A DNA stretch of 64,000 nucleotides from Candidatus Eiseniibacteriota bacterium (lineage in GTDB: Bacteria > Eisenbacteria > RBG-16-71-46 > SZUA-252): the NCBI GenBank assembly GCA_963703225.1, contig OY969801.1, positions 1,696,001 through 1,760,000 of the forward strand, written 5' to 3'. The stretch's first letter is position 1; the number at the start of each line of letters is the position of its first letter. Below the pieces are notes generated by a model, which was not told the origin of the DNA, searched no databases, and saw only the letters and a program-made list of their open reading frames with translations. Positions 52,702-64,000 of the stretch are shown in pieces. The position numbers and the translations under genes were made by a program.

Positions 52702-53285
52702 CGACCCGGCCCGCTCCCCACGGTGTCGGCGCCTTCCAACTCCCGGACTTCCGCGTGGACGTCGCGCGACAGATGGAAGTGATCCAGGTTGGGATCGCTC
52801 TCGAATCCGAGGCCGGTCACCACGTCATCCTTCCGGGTCACCTTCACGAACGCGTCGGAGACGATCTTGCCGCTCGTATTGATCCATCGGAGCGAATCGG
52901 TCTCCAGCGTGACCCCCTTGGTCGTGACGACCTTCACCCGCCCGCGCGCCTCCAGGTCGTTGGTTCTCTGGTGGACCAGGCCCTCATCGGCGACGAGAGT
53001 CGAATAGACTTCGCCCTTGTCGTTGAAGAAGTCGATCCTCACCGTCTGCGCATCAACCAGATTCCGGTCGTTGTACATCGCCGCGTAGCTGGCCCGAAGC
53101 GTCCAGCTCTTCTTCCCTTCCGAGCTCTCCGTAAGCGTGAAATCGCGCGCCTCCTGATCGGGGAGGCGAATCTCCGCGCCGCTGGGCGTGGAAGACGGCT
53201 TCCCCTGACATCCCACGAGGCCAAACGCCAAGAGCGTCGACACTATAACGGGTCCTCGGACCCGGACCTTACGCTGGATCCGCAT
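52698..53285 (-). CDS. lptC: LPS export periplasmic protein LptC
   Basis: PDQE..DF, G...W.L.A, L.ADEG, L.TDSL.W, G.GFESD. Upstream of lptB. Confidence 0.82.
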   Translation of the reverse strand: MRIQRKVRVRGPVIVSTLLAFGLVGCQGKPSSTPSGAEIRLPDQEARDFTLTESSEGKKSWTLRASYAAMYNDRNLVDAQTVRIDFFNDKGEVYSTLVADEGLVHQRTNDLEARGRVKVVTTKGVTLETDSLRWINTSGKIVSDAFVKVTRKDDVVTGLGFESDPNLDHFHLSRDVHAEVRELEGADTVGSGPGR

Positions 53286-53289
53286 GGTG

Positions 53290-54318
53290 CTAGCGGTTCC
53301 GTATGCCCAGGCAATCGTGGAGGTGAAGGACCCCGACCGGCCCTCCCCGCCCGTCGAGAACGACCAGCGAGGTGATCGCGCCGCCCTCGTTCTCCTCCAT
53401 TTGCCTCACCGCCTGCGCGATGAGCGCGTCGGCCCCGATGGTGCGTGGCGAGCGCGTCATGACCTTCGATACCGTCTGGTCCAGGTCGGCGTCGCCCCGG
53501 AGGAGGATCCGTTTCAGATCACCATCCGTGAGGATGCCCTGGAGTGAGCCGGCGCGATCGACGACCGTCGTCACCCCCAGCCGCTTGTTCAGGATCTCGA
53601 GCAGCGCGTCGCGGAGCGTTGCCTCCGTGCCCACCCGCGGCAGGCTGTCTCCCCCGTGCATCCGGTCCGAGACGCGGAGCAACGCCGCCTGGCCCACGAC
53701 CCCACCGGGATGGAGGACCACAAAGTCTTCCCGCGTGAATCCCTTCAGGCGCATCAGCACGATCGCGACGGCGTCGCCGAGGGCGAGCGCCGCCGTGGTG
53801 CTCGAGGTCGGAACCAGGTCCTCAGGGCCCGCTTCCCGCGGGCGGCCGAGATCGAGCACGTGATGCGAAGCACGACCGAGCGATGAGTCGGGGTTGCAGG
53901 TCATGGTGACGATCAAGACCCCCCGCCTCTCGAACGCCGGCAGGAGTTGGAGGAGCTCCGCGGTCTCGCCGCTCTTGGAGAGGATGATGGCGGCGTCCTC
54001 TTGGGAGACAATCCCAAGATCGCCGTGCACCGCGTCCACCGGGTGGACGAATGTCGCCGGTGTCCCTGTGCTCGTGAGGGTGGCCGCGATCTTCTTGGCC
54101 ACCAGGCCGGACTTGCCGACTCCCGAGGTCAGAATCTGCCCCCTCACCCTCGAAAGTGCAAGAACGGTATCCTCGAAATCCTTGCCGATCAATACTTTGA
54201 GACCGCGTACCGCATCCTCCTCCAGGCTGAGCGCCTCCAGGCCCCATGCGACGATCTGGGACTCTGTGGTCGTCCCTCCCTCGGAGCGGATGGTCTCCCG
54301 CGAAAAGCTCTTCTTCAC
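53290..54318 (-). CDS. kdsD: Arabinose-5-phosphate isomerase (KpsF/GutQ, SIS+CBS)
   Basis: GVGKSG...KIAATL.STGTP, HGDLG, PTSSTT, HPGG, TDGDL.R. Confidence 0.93.
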   Translation of the reverse strand: MKKSFSRETIRSEGGTTTESQIVAWGLEALSLEEDAVRGLKVLIGKDFEDTVLALSRVRGQILTSGVGKSGLVAKKIAATLTSTGTPATFVHPVDAVHGDLGIVSQEDAAIILSKSGETAELLQLLPAFERRGVLIVTMTCNPDSSLGRASHHVLDLGRPREAGPEDLVPTSSTTAALALGDAVAIVLMRLKGFTREDFVVLHPGGVVGQAALLRVSDRMHGGDSLPRVGTEATLRDALLEILNKRLGVTTVVDRAGSLQGILTDGDLKRILLRGDADLDQTVSKVMTRSPRTIGADALIAQAVRQMEENEGGAITSLVVLDGRGGPVGVLHLHDCLGIRNR

Positions 54319-55169
54319 GATCGGCGGGCCTCCACAAGGCTTGTATCGGCAACCGCTTGGTGGACCTTCAGGAGCGACTGGAGGAGCCCCGGAAGCTCCG
54401 CGAGCGGCCACTGGGTCTCTCGATCGGACCGGGCTCGTGGCGGATCGGGATGGGTTTCGATGAAGACCCCGTCCACCCCGGCCGCGATGGCCGCTCGGGC
54501 CAGAAGCGGGACGAACTCGCGCTGGCCGCCGGTCTCCGACCCGCCGGGGCGCTGAACGGAGTGGGTCGCGTCGAAGAAGACCGGGCAGCCCAGCTGGCGC
54601 ATCACGGCGAACGACCGAAAGTCGACCACCAGATCGCCGTATCCGAACATGGTCCCTCTCTCCGTCACGATCACGCCGGCGGCGCCCGCCGCGCGCGCCT
54701 TTTCCGCCGCGAGCGCCATCGAGCCGGGATCGAGGAACTGCCCCTTCTTGATGTGGAGTGGCTTCCCGGTGCTCGCCGCCGCCTCGATGAGCGGGGTCTG
54801 GCGGCAGAGAAACGCCGGAATCTGGATGAGGTCGAGGGCATCGGCGGCCGCGGCCACGTCGCCCGTCTCATGAACGTCGCTGGTGACCGGAACGCCCACC
54901 CGATCTCGGATCCGCGCCATAGCGCGTAGTCCCGCCTCGGCGCCAGGCCCGCGGTAGCTCGATCCAGACGTTCGATTGGCTTTGGAATACGAAGCCTTGA
55001 AGATGAACGGGAGGTCGAGGGCTGCGGCCGTCTTCTTGATCTCGCGCGCGACCTCCTCGGCCATCCCGTCGTCCTCGAGCACGCACGGCCCCGCGATGAG
55101 CGTGAGTCGGCCTGGAGCGATGCGGACGGAGCCGACCGCGAACGGAGCGAACGAGACCCGGGCGTCCAT
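54315..55169 (-). CDS. kdsA: KDO 8-phosphate synthase
   Basis: IAGPCVLE, KANRTS, QIPAFLCRQT, KKGQF, DATHSVQ.P. Confidence 0.96.
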   Translation of the reverse strand: MDARVSFAPFAVGSVRIAPGRLTLIAGPCVLEDDGMAEEVAREIKKTAAALDLPFIFKASYSKANRTSGSSYRGPGAEAGLRAMARIRDRVGVPVTSDVHETGDVAAAADALDLIQIPAFLCRQTPLIEAAASTGKPLHIKKGQFLDPGSMALAAEKARAAGAAGVIVTERGTMFGYGDLVVDFRSFAVMRQLGCPVFFDATHSVQRPGGSETGGQREFVPLLARAAIAAGVDGVFIETHPDPPRARSDRETQWPLAELPGLLQSLLKVHQAVADTSLVEARRS

Positions 55170-55171
55170 CG

Positions 55172-57634
<2,463 letters not shown>

Positions 57635-57639
57635 GAGCC

Positions 57640-57668
57640 ATGCTACCAATGGGAGGGGGCGGCGTCAA
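57640..57668 (-). promoter_or_regulatory. sigma70 promoter heading the kdsB...rpoN...PTS gene run
   Basis: TTGACG-N17-TAGCAT with an extended TG motif. Confidence 0.6.
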
Positions 57669-57688
57669 GCGACGCGAGTAGGGTGCCC

Positions 57689-58462
57689 CTACTCCTCTTT
57701 TGCGAACGCGTCCTGGAGGACAGCCCCGGTGACTCGGATCTTCACGATTCTACCCTCCACCATCCACTCGCGGCGGATCCTCACCACCGCGTGCTTCGCG
57801 TCCTCGCGGGAGTAGAAGAGCCCACTCAGGAGCCAGTATTGATGATTCGCGGTGAGGTGCGGTGGCAACGTGTAGAGCCTTGGCCTACCCAAAGGTCCGT
57901 TGAAGCAGTTCTGATAGTCGATGTCCAGAACGACCGTGGTGTCCCTCGCACCCTCCGAATCCTCTTCGTCAGGTATGGACACGTTGGCAACGAGCGACTC
58001 CGCGGCTGACCCGCGGAGGTACGACCCCAATAAGACCGCGTAAAGCTCTGCGACCGAATCGCCATGGTCGAAATGAAATTGAGCCATGACGGAGTCGTTT
58101 CGGGCAGTCTCCTCAGCTGTATTGCCGATCGCCGCTCGAACTCGTCTGTTCTGGGAGATCATCGAAAGACGCCCACGCGTCAGAAGAGAAGCCAGTTGAG
58201 GGTTCTTCTCGACCTGCTGTTGGGACGTCACGGCGGCTGCAAGGCCCCGAGCCAGTTGGTCCCACATCGCCGAAACGTTCCGTTCAAATTCTCTCGACGC
58301 CAAACTGTCCTCGGCGGTTCGGGCCGGATAGATCTCGGAGGTCAGGAAGGTCAGATACCTTGATCGAACCGTGAGGGATACGTCGCACGACGAGAAGGCG
58401 GGTGGAGAGGCGAATGTGAAGCCGGCCACCGCGACGCCAAATGCGAGGAATGCGCGGCTCAC
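57689..58462 (-). CDS. Hypothetical exported protein, possible C-terminal SPOR-like domain
   Basis: Signal peptide. C-terminal Y.LLSGLF.SREDA...V..I.....VEGRIVK resembles a SPOR half-repeat. Visibly less GC-rich than the flanks. Confidence 0.6.
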   Translation of the reverse strand: MSRAFLAFGVAVAGFTFASPPAFSSCDVSLTVRSRYLTFLTSEIYPARTAEDSLASREFERNVSAMWDQLARGLAAAVTSQQQVEKNPQLASLLTRGRLSMISQNRRVRAAIGNTAEETARNDSVMAQFHFDHGDSVAELYAVLLGSYLRGSAAESLVANVSIPDEEDSEGARDTTVVLDIDYQNCFNGPLGRPRLYTLPPHLTANHQYWLLSGLFYSREDAKHAVVRIRREWMVEGRIVKIRVTGAVLQDAFAKEE

Positions 58463-58980
58463 AGTTGGAACACGACCGGGATCTCAAACCAGGCGCCGAC
58501 GGGGACGCCCTTGAGAGTGGCCGGACTGAATTCCCACTGCTTCACCGCCTCGATCGCGGATTCCGTTAGGACGGGGATTCCCATCACGACCGAAATCCAG
58601 CAGACCCGGCCATGAACGTCGATATAAGCGCGCAGGACCACGGTTCCCTGGATCCCCGCTTCCCTGCTTTTATCGGGATATTGCACCTCGACCTTCTTCA
58701 CCGGCACCGGTTCCACGTCGTAGGACGTCGAATCGGGCGGATTCTTGAAGGGCTCGCATACCGATTGGAGCGCCGCGGCTCCCTCCCCGCTTCCGGTCGT
58801 GGTCACCACCGTCGCCGCGGGCGCGGGCGGTCCGCCGTGAGCGGAGCAGCCCGCGAGGATGAGAAGCTGAACTGCGAGGAGACTTGCGACGGGTCTGATG
58901 ACGGCACCTCGAGGACACGGGCCCGGAAACGGCGACTCACCGAGCGTACCGGAGACAGTACAGGTTCGCCACCAGGTCAC
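58459..58980 (-). CDS. TonB C-terminal domain lipoprotein
   Basis: LAGC lipobox, YPDKSREAGIQGTVVL...ID..GRV, A.EAVKQWEFSPA...G.PV. Start uncertain (signal peptide begins near 58900). Confidence 0.78.
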   Translation of the reverse strand: MTWWRTCTVSGTLGESPFPGPCPRGAVIRPVASLLAVQLLILAGCSAHGGPPAPAATVVTTTGSGEGAAALQSVCEPFKNPPDSTSYDVEPVPVKKVEVQYPDKSREAGIQGTVVLRAYIDVHGRVCWISVVMGIPVLTESAIEAVKQWEFSPATLKGVPVGAWFEIPVVFQL

Positions 58981-58989
58981 GTGCTGGTC

Positions 58990-59090
58990 AAAACAAAGCC
59001 CCGGGGATCAACCGGAGGGCGCCTGTGAGGCCTCGCGCAGCGAGGCCGAAACACAGCGCCCCGGAGGTTGAGCCCCCGGGGCTCTCTTTT
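58990..59090. repeat. Nested inverted-repeat element / bidirectional terminator-like structure
   Basis: AGCCCCGGGG/CCCCGGGGCT, TCAACC/GGTTGA, GGGCG/CGCCC, CTGTG/CACAG and GGCCTCGC-GCA-GCGAGGCC nested in one ~90-nt hairpin, with T-rich tracts on both strands. Confidence 0.7.
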
Positions 59091-59159
59091 CGCGTAGCGC
59101 TCGGCCCGTTAGCGGGGTCTTGGCGCTGCTAGTGCGCGGTCAGTGAAGCTGGCGAGCGA

Positions 59160-60372
<1,213 letters not shown>

Positions 60373-60394
60373 GTCTCTTCAGCTCCTCTTTGAA

Positions 60395-60718
60395 TTATCC
60401 GCGGATGTCCAGGATCTTCACCCGCGTCAGGGTGTCCCGGTACCCGATCCGGCGGCGGTACTTCTTCCGCCGCTTGAACACCCCCACCTTGATCTTGGGG
60501 CCCCTTTCGGTGCCGAGGACCTGCGCCTTCACCGACGCGCCCTCGACCACCGGTGTTCCAATCTTCACGCCCGATCCGTCCGCAATCAGGAGCACGCGAT
60601 CGAACGTCACTTCCTGCCCCGCCTCGGCGCCCATGTGGGGAAGAATGTGCTCTTCCTCCTTGGCGACCCGGTACTGGAGGCCCTGCGCTTCGATAACCGC
60701 ATAGCGAGTCTGTGTCAT
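60395..60718 (-). CDS. rplU: 50S ribosomal protein L21
   Basis: YAVIE..G.QYRV, IGTP.VEGA.V, KRRK.YRR..G.R. Adjacent to rpmA. Confidence 0.93.
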   Translation of the reverse strand: MTQTRYAVIEAQGLQYRVAKEEEHILPHMGAEAGQEVTFDRVLLIADGSGVKIGTPVVEGASVKAQVLGTERGPKIKVGVFKRRKKYRRRIGYRDTLTRVKILDIRG

Positions 60719-60731
60719 GTCATCCCTCGTT

Positions 60732-62285
60732 TCAGTGCTCGAACTGCTTCGTGATTTCCTCGAACGTCTTGCCGCGGAACAGCCGGATCTCGTCCCGCCG
60801 CAGCGACGGATCGTCCCGGATTTCCACGCGGAACCGGTACTGCTTCTCCAGACGGCCCAAACGGTCCGCGTTCTGCTCCACCAGGTGCACCGCCACGTCG
60901 GGGTGAACCCGAAGGAGAAGCTGCCTCTCCCGCGCCCGCTGCCCCACGCGCCGGAGCATTCGCTCGATCTTGAGCATCGCGCTCGAGAGCGAGAGTACCC
61001 GCCCCGTCCCCTCGCAGGCGGCGCAATTCTCCGTAAAGTAATTCGCGAGGCTCGGGCGCTGGCGCTGTCGCGTCATCTCCACCAGGCCCAGCTCGCTCAC
61101 CGCGAATGCCTTGGTTCGTGATCGGTCGCGCTTGAGCCGATTTCGAAGCGCGTCGATGACCGTCTTCCGGTTTCCCTCATCCTCCATGTCGATGAAATCG
61201 AGGACGATGATGCCGCCGAGGTCTCGAAGCCGGAGCTGCCGCGCGATCTCGTCCGCGGCTTCCAGATTCGTCTTTAAGATTGTCTCCTCCTGGCTCTTCT
61301 TTCCGGTAAACCTCCCGGTGTTCACGTCGATCGCCACCAGCGCTTCGGTCTGATCGATCGTGATGTATCCGCCCTTCCGGAGCCAGACCTTCCGCTCCAT
61401 CGCCTTCTCGATCTCGCCCTCGATTCCGAAGTGATCGAAGATCGGGGCCTCGCCGCGGTAGAGCTTGACCCGCGACTTGAACTGCGGCGCGTAGGTCGAG
61501 AGGTACTTGAGAATCTGCTGGTACTCCTCCTTCGAATCGATCGTCAGCTGGGTCACGTCCTCGGTGAAGATATCCCGGATCAGCCCCGTCGTGAACTCCA
61601 TCTCCTGGTGGAGCAACGCGGGCGCCTTGGCCCTCTGCGCCTGCTTTTCGATGGTCTGCCAGAGCTGCTCCAGGTACTTGATGTCGCTCTGGAACTCCTT
61701 CTTCCCCTGCTCGGCGCCGACCGTACGGACGATCACCCCCGCGTTCGAGGGGCGAAGCTCTCTCAAGAGCGTCTTGAGCCGGGTTCGCTCGCCCCGATCC
61801 TCGATCTTTCGCGACACGCCGACGTGGTCGTGGCCCGGCATCAACACCAGGTAGCGCCCCGGAAGCGAGACCTGCGTCGTGACCCGCGGCCCCTTGGTCC
61901 CGATCGGCTCCTTGGTGATCTGGACTAGGACTTCCTGGCCCTTCTTCAGCACATCCTCGATGCGCGGCGCGGCCTCCTCGCGTCGGCCACGGCCGCCTCC
62001 CCGCTTCCGATCGTCGTTCTCCTCTTCTTCCTCGAAGAGGTCGTCGAAATCCGACTCCGAGGGCTGGAGGTCGGAGGCATGGAGAAATGCGCTCTTATCG
62101 AGGCCCAGGTCCACGAAGGCCGCCTGCATTCCCGGCAGCACCGCGTTCACCCGGCCCTTGTACATGTCTCCCACGCGGCGGACCGCCTCGGGCCGCTCCA
62201 CCATCACCTCGACGAGATCCTTCTCCTCGAGGATGGCGATCCGCGTTTCGCTGGGACTGGCGTTAATGATGATCTCTCGGCGCAT
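60732..62285 (-). CDS. rng: Rne/Rng family ribonuclease
   Basis: VLPGMQAAFVD, VQI.KEPIGTKG, IDVNTG, RLRDLGGII..DFIDM, GLVEMTRQR, Zn-link CAAC. Confidence 0.93.
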   Translation of the reverse strand: MRREIIINASPSETRIAILEEKDLVEVMVERPEAVRRVGDMYKGRVNAVLPGMQAAFVDLGLDKSAFLHASDLQPSESDFDDLFEEEEENDDRKRGGGRGRREEAAPRIEDVLKKGQEVLVQITKEPIGTKGPRVTTQVSLPGRYLVLMPGHDHVGVSRKIEDRGERTRLKTLLRELRPSNAGVIVRTVGAEQGKKEFQSDIKYLEQLWQTIEKQAQRAKAPALLHQEMEFTTGLIRDIFTEDVTQLTIDSKEEYQQILKYLSTYAPQFKSRVKLYRGEAPIFDHFGIEGEIEKAMERKVWLRKGGYITIDQTEALVAIDVNTGRFTGKKSQEETILKTNLEAADEIARQLRLRDLGGIIVLDFIDMEDEGNRKTVIDALRNRLKRDRSRTKAFAVSELGLVEMTRQRQRPSLANYFTENCAACEGTGRVLSLSSAMLKIERMLRRVGQRARERQLLLRVHPDVAVHLVEQNADRLGRLEKQYRFRVEIRDDPSLRRDEIRLFRGKTFEEITKQFEH

Positions 62286-64000
62286 TCACCTCCAGGGCTG
62301 GGTCCGACGAACCCGGATTTCCCGGGTCAATGGGCACGGGTCGCCAGAACGCCGATTCCTCGAGTGCCTCGAGGGGTGTGCAAAGCTCTCCACCGCGCTC
62401 CACCCACATCGCCTCGCGGGTGACGTACAGGAGCCGGGGGTCGAAATCGAAAGACGGCAGGAGGCTCTTGAGGAGCAGATCCGGCCGCAGATAACCGGTT
62501 GCTTGAAGCCGCGACGAGACGAAGATGCCGAGGCACTCGCCGTTGGACGCCATCTGGATCGAGGCGACCGCGAGGCGCGCGTTCACGGTCTTGCCCTTCT
62601 GGCCGTGGCTCTGCTTGGCGACAAGCCACTCGCCCGACGCGAGGAAGGATGCCAGGTTCCGCTCCAGCTCCTGGCGAAGCAGGTGCACGCTCTCCCCCCG
62701 CGCGAGCCGGTCCATCAGGTAACCCGTGAGGTAGACCGAGTAATCCGCGCGGCCGATGGCCGCCATGAGGGAATCCACCGACTTGGCAAACGGCCGACCC
62801 TCGAGGATGCGGATTCCCTCGGGCAGGATCTCGTTCATGGCGGCGATCACCTCCCAGGGGCAGGGCTGCGCCAGGTCGAGATCGAAATACTCGGCGCGGC
62901 TCGTGGCGCCCAGCGAGAGCGGCGGCCCGTACGCGATCTTCGCGTGGCGGTTGAAGCCCTGGGTGTAGGCGATCGGGATCTTGGCCACCCGGATCGCCCG
63001 GTCGAAAATGCGGACGAGATCCAGGTGCGACGTGAAGCGCGCGATCCCTTCCTTGACGTAGGCCACGCGATAGCGGCTCGCCTGCTGCCCCTTGGTGGTG
63101 GTCGGCCAAACGCGACGGCGGCGGCCGAACGCCCGCGCCTCGCCGTTCCCGTTCCCATTTCCATGTCCGTTCCCGTTCGCTTGCTTCTCCGCCTCGGGTC
63201 GGGGCTCCGGCTGGGCGACCGCCAGGGGCGCCGCCGCGACGGCCTCGGCCTTGAGCACCTCGATCGGCTTCTCCTCCAGCGCGCGCACGCGAGACTCAAT
63301 CTCCGCGGTCGTCACCTCAGGAGGAATCGCGAAATCGAGCGACGCCGGCTCGACCCCCTGCCCCGGCGCGAGCTGGAGCGAGAGGTGGCGGCCTTCGCGC
63401 GCCTTGGGCGCGAAGCAGGGCGCGCCGCACCGGTAGCACGCGTGGTCGCGGCAGTCGGGCGTCAGCGCCGCGGCGTAGGCCTTGCCCCGCTCGGCGAGGA
63501 GGAACTTCTTCACCACCGGGGTCCGGATGTGGTCCCACGGAAGCTGCTCCTCCAGGTCGCGCGGACGCAGATAGACCGCCGGGTCCATCCCGATGCTCTC
63601 GAACGCCCGCATCCAGAGATCGAAATCAAAGCACTCCGACCATCCGTCGAAGCGCGCACCCATCCGCCACGCCGCCTCCAGCGCGTCGGCCGTGCGAACG
63701 TCGCCGCGGGCGAAGACGCCTTCCAGGAACGCGGTCTTCGGCTCCCGCCACTTCAGACCGGACGTTGTTCATGCCGCGGAATCCCAGCTTGAGCCGGTCG
63801 ATCTTCCGGCGGAGCGTCTCCATGTCGTCCTGGAGCTCCCACTGGAACGGGCGTGTGGGGCTTGGGCACGTGGGGCGACAGGCCGACGTTGAAGTGCATC
63901 CGCTTGTTGCCGCCCTTGGCCCACTCCTGCGACTTGCGGAGCGTGTCGGCGATGCCGTCCACGTCCGCGTCGGTTTCGGTGGGGAGACCGATCATGAAGT
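62263..64000 (-). CDS. B12-binding radical SAM protein fused to radical-SAM-linked (DUF2344/TIGR03936-like) domain; 5' end outside window; 2 apparent frameshifts
   Basis: FMIGLPTET..D, VPKPHTPFQW, LEGVF.RGD, GARFDGWSE.F, LPWDHI, C....C..CG..C, then SHLD...F.RA......YTQGFN.H....GP.L.LG. +1 shifts near 63848 and 63757. Classic position upstream of rng-rplU-rpmA. Confidence 0.88.

Noticed and set aside
58981..59159. SRP (4.5S) RNA or 6S RNA
   Set aside because: Lacks the SRP CAGG...GGAA...GCAG motif, and the hairpin is too short and has no central bubble for 6S.

Overview
High-GC bacterial chromosomal window with almost every gene on the minus strand. The gene content (LPS/Kdo and Lpt genes, a PorV-like barrel, a GWxTD protein, several FlgD/T9SS-like C-terminal domains) suggests a diderm FCB-associated lineage such as Ca. 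Eisenbacteria; this is an inference, not a search result. Core blocks are: the pfk-gap-pgk-tpiA-secG-tRNA-Leu(GAG) operon; pmm-prfB-coaE-polA-nadD-bamD-rimO-ftsK-ahcY-metK; a complete mannose-family PTS with HPr/EI/HprK inside the kdsB-pyrG-kdsA-kdsD-lptC-lptB-rpoN-hpf cluster; and mdh-rpmA-rplU-rng with a radical SAM fusion. The accessory envelope region (6.5-27.4 kb) is the most interesting part. It holds a TonB-dependent receptor + CTD-bearing secreted protein + PorV-like barrel + GWxTD operon with no SusD, an EB_dh/DOMON-like lipoprotein + beta-barrel + tldD/tldE operon, a DUF4912-GH57 fusion, and two more CTD proteins. A nested inverted-repeat element with a near-hammerhead core lies at 58990-59140. 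By manual reconstruction about 19 frameshifts break genes, 18 of them single-base insertions, including one in pyrG. They are most likely long-read consensus errors; only the prfB frameshift is a canonical programmed one. No CRISPR array, rRNA, integrase or transposase was seen.
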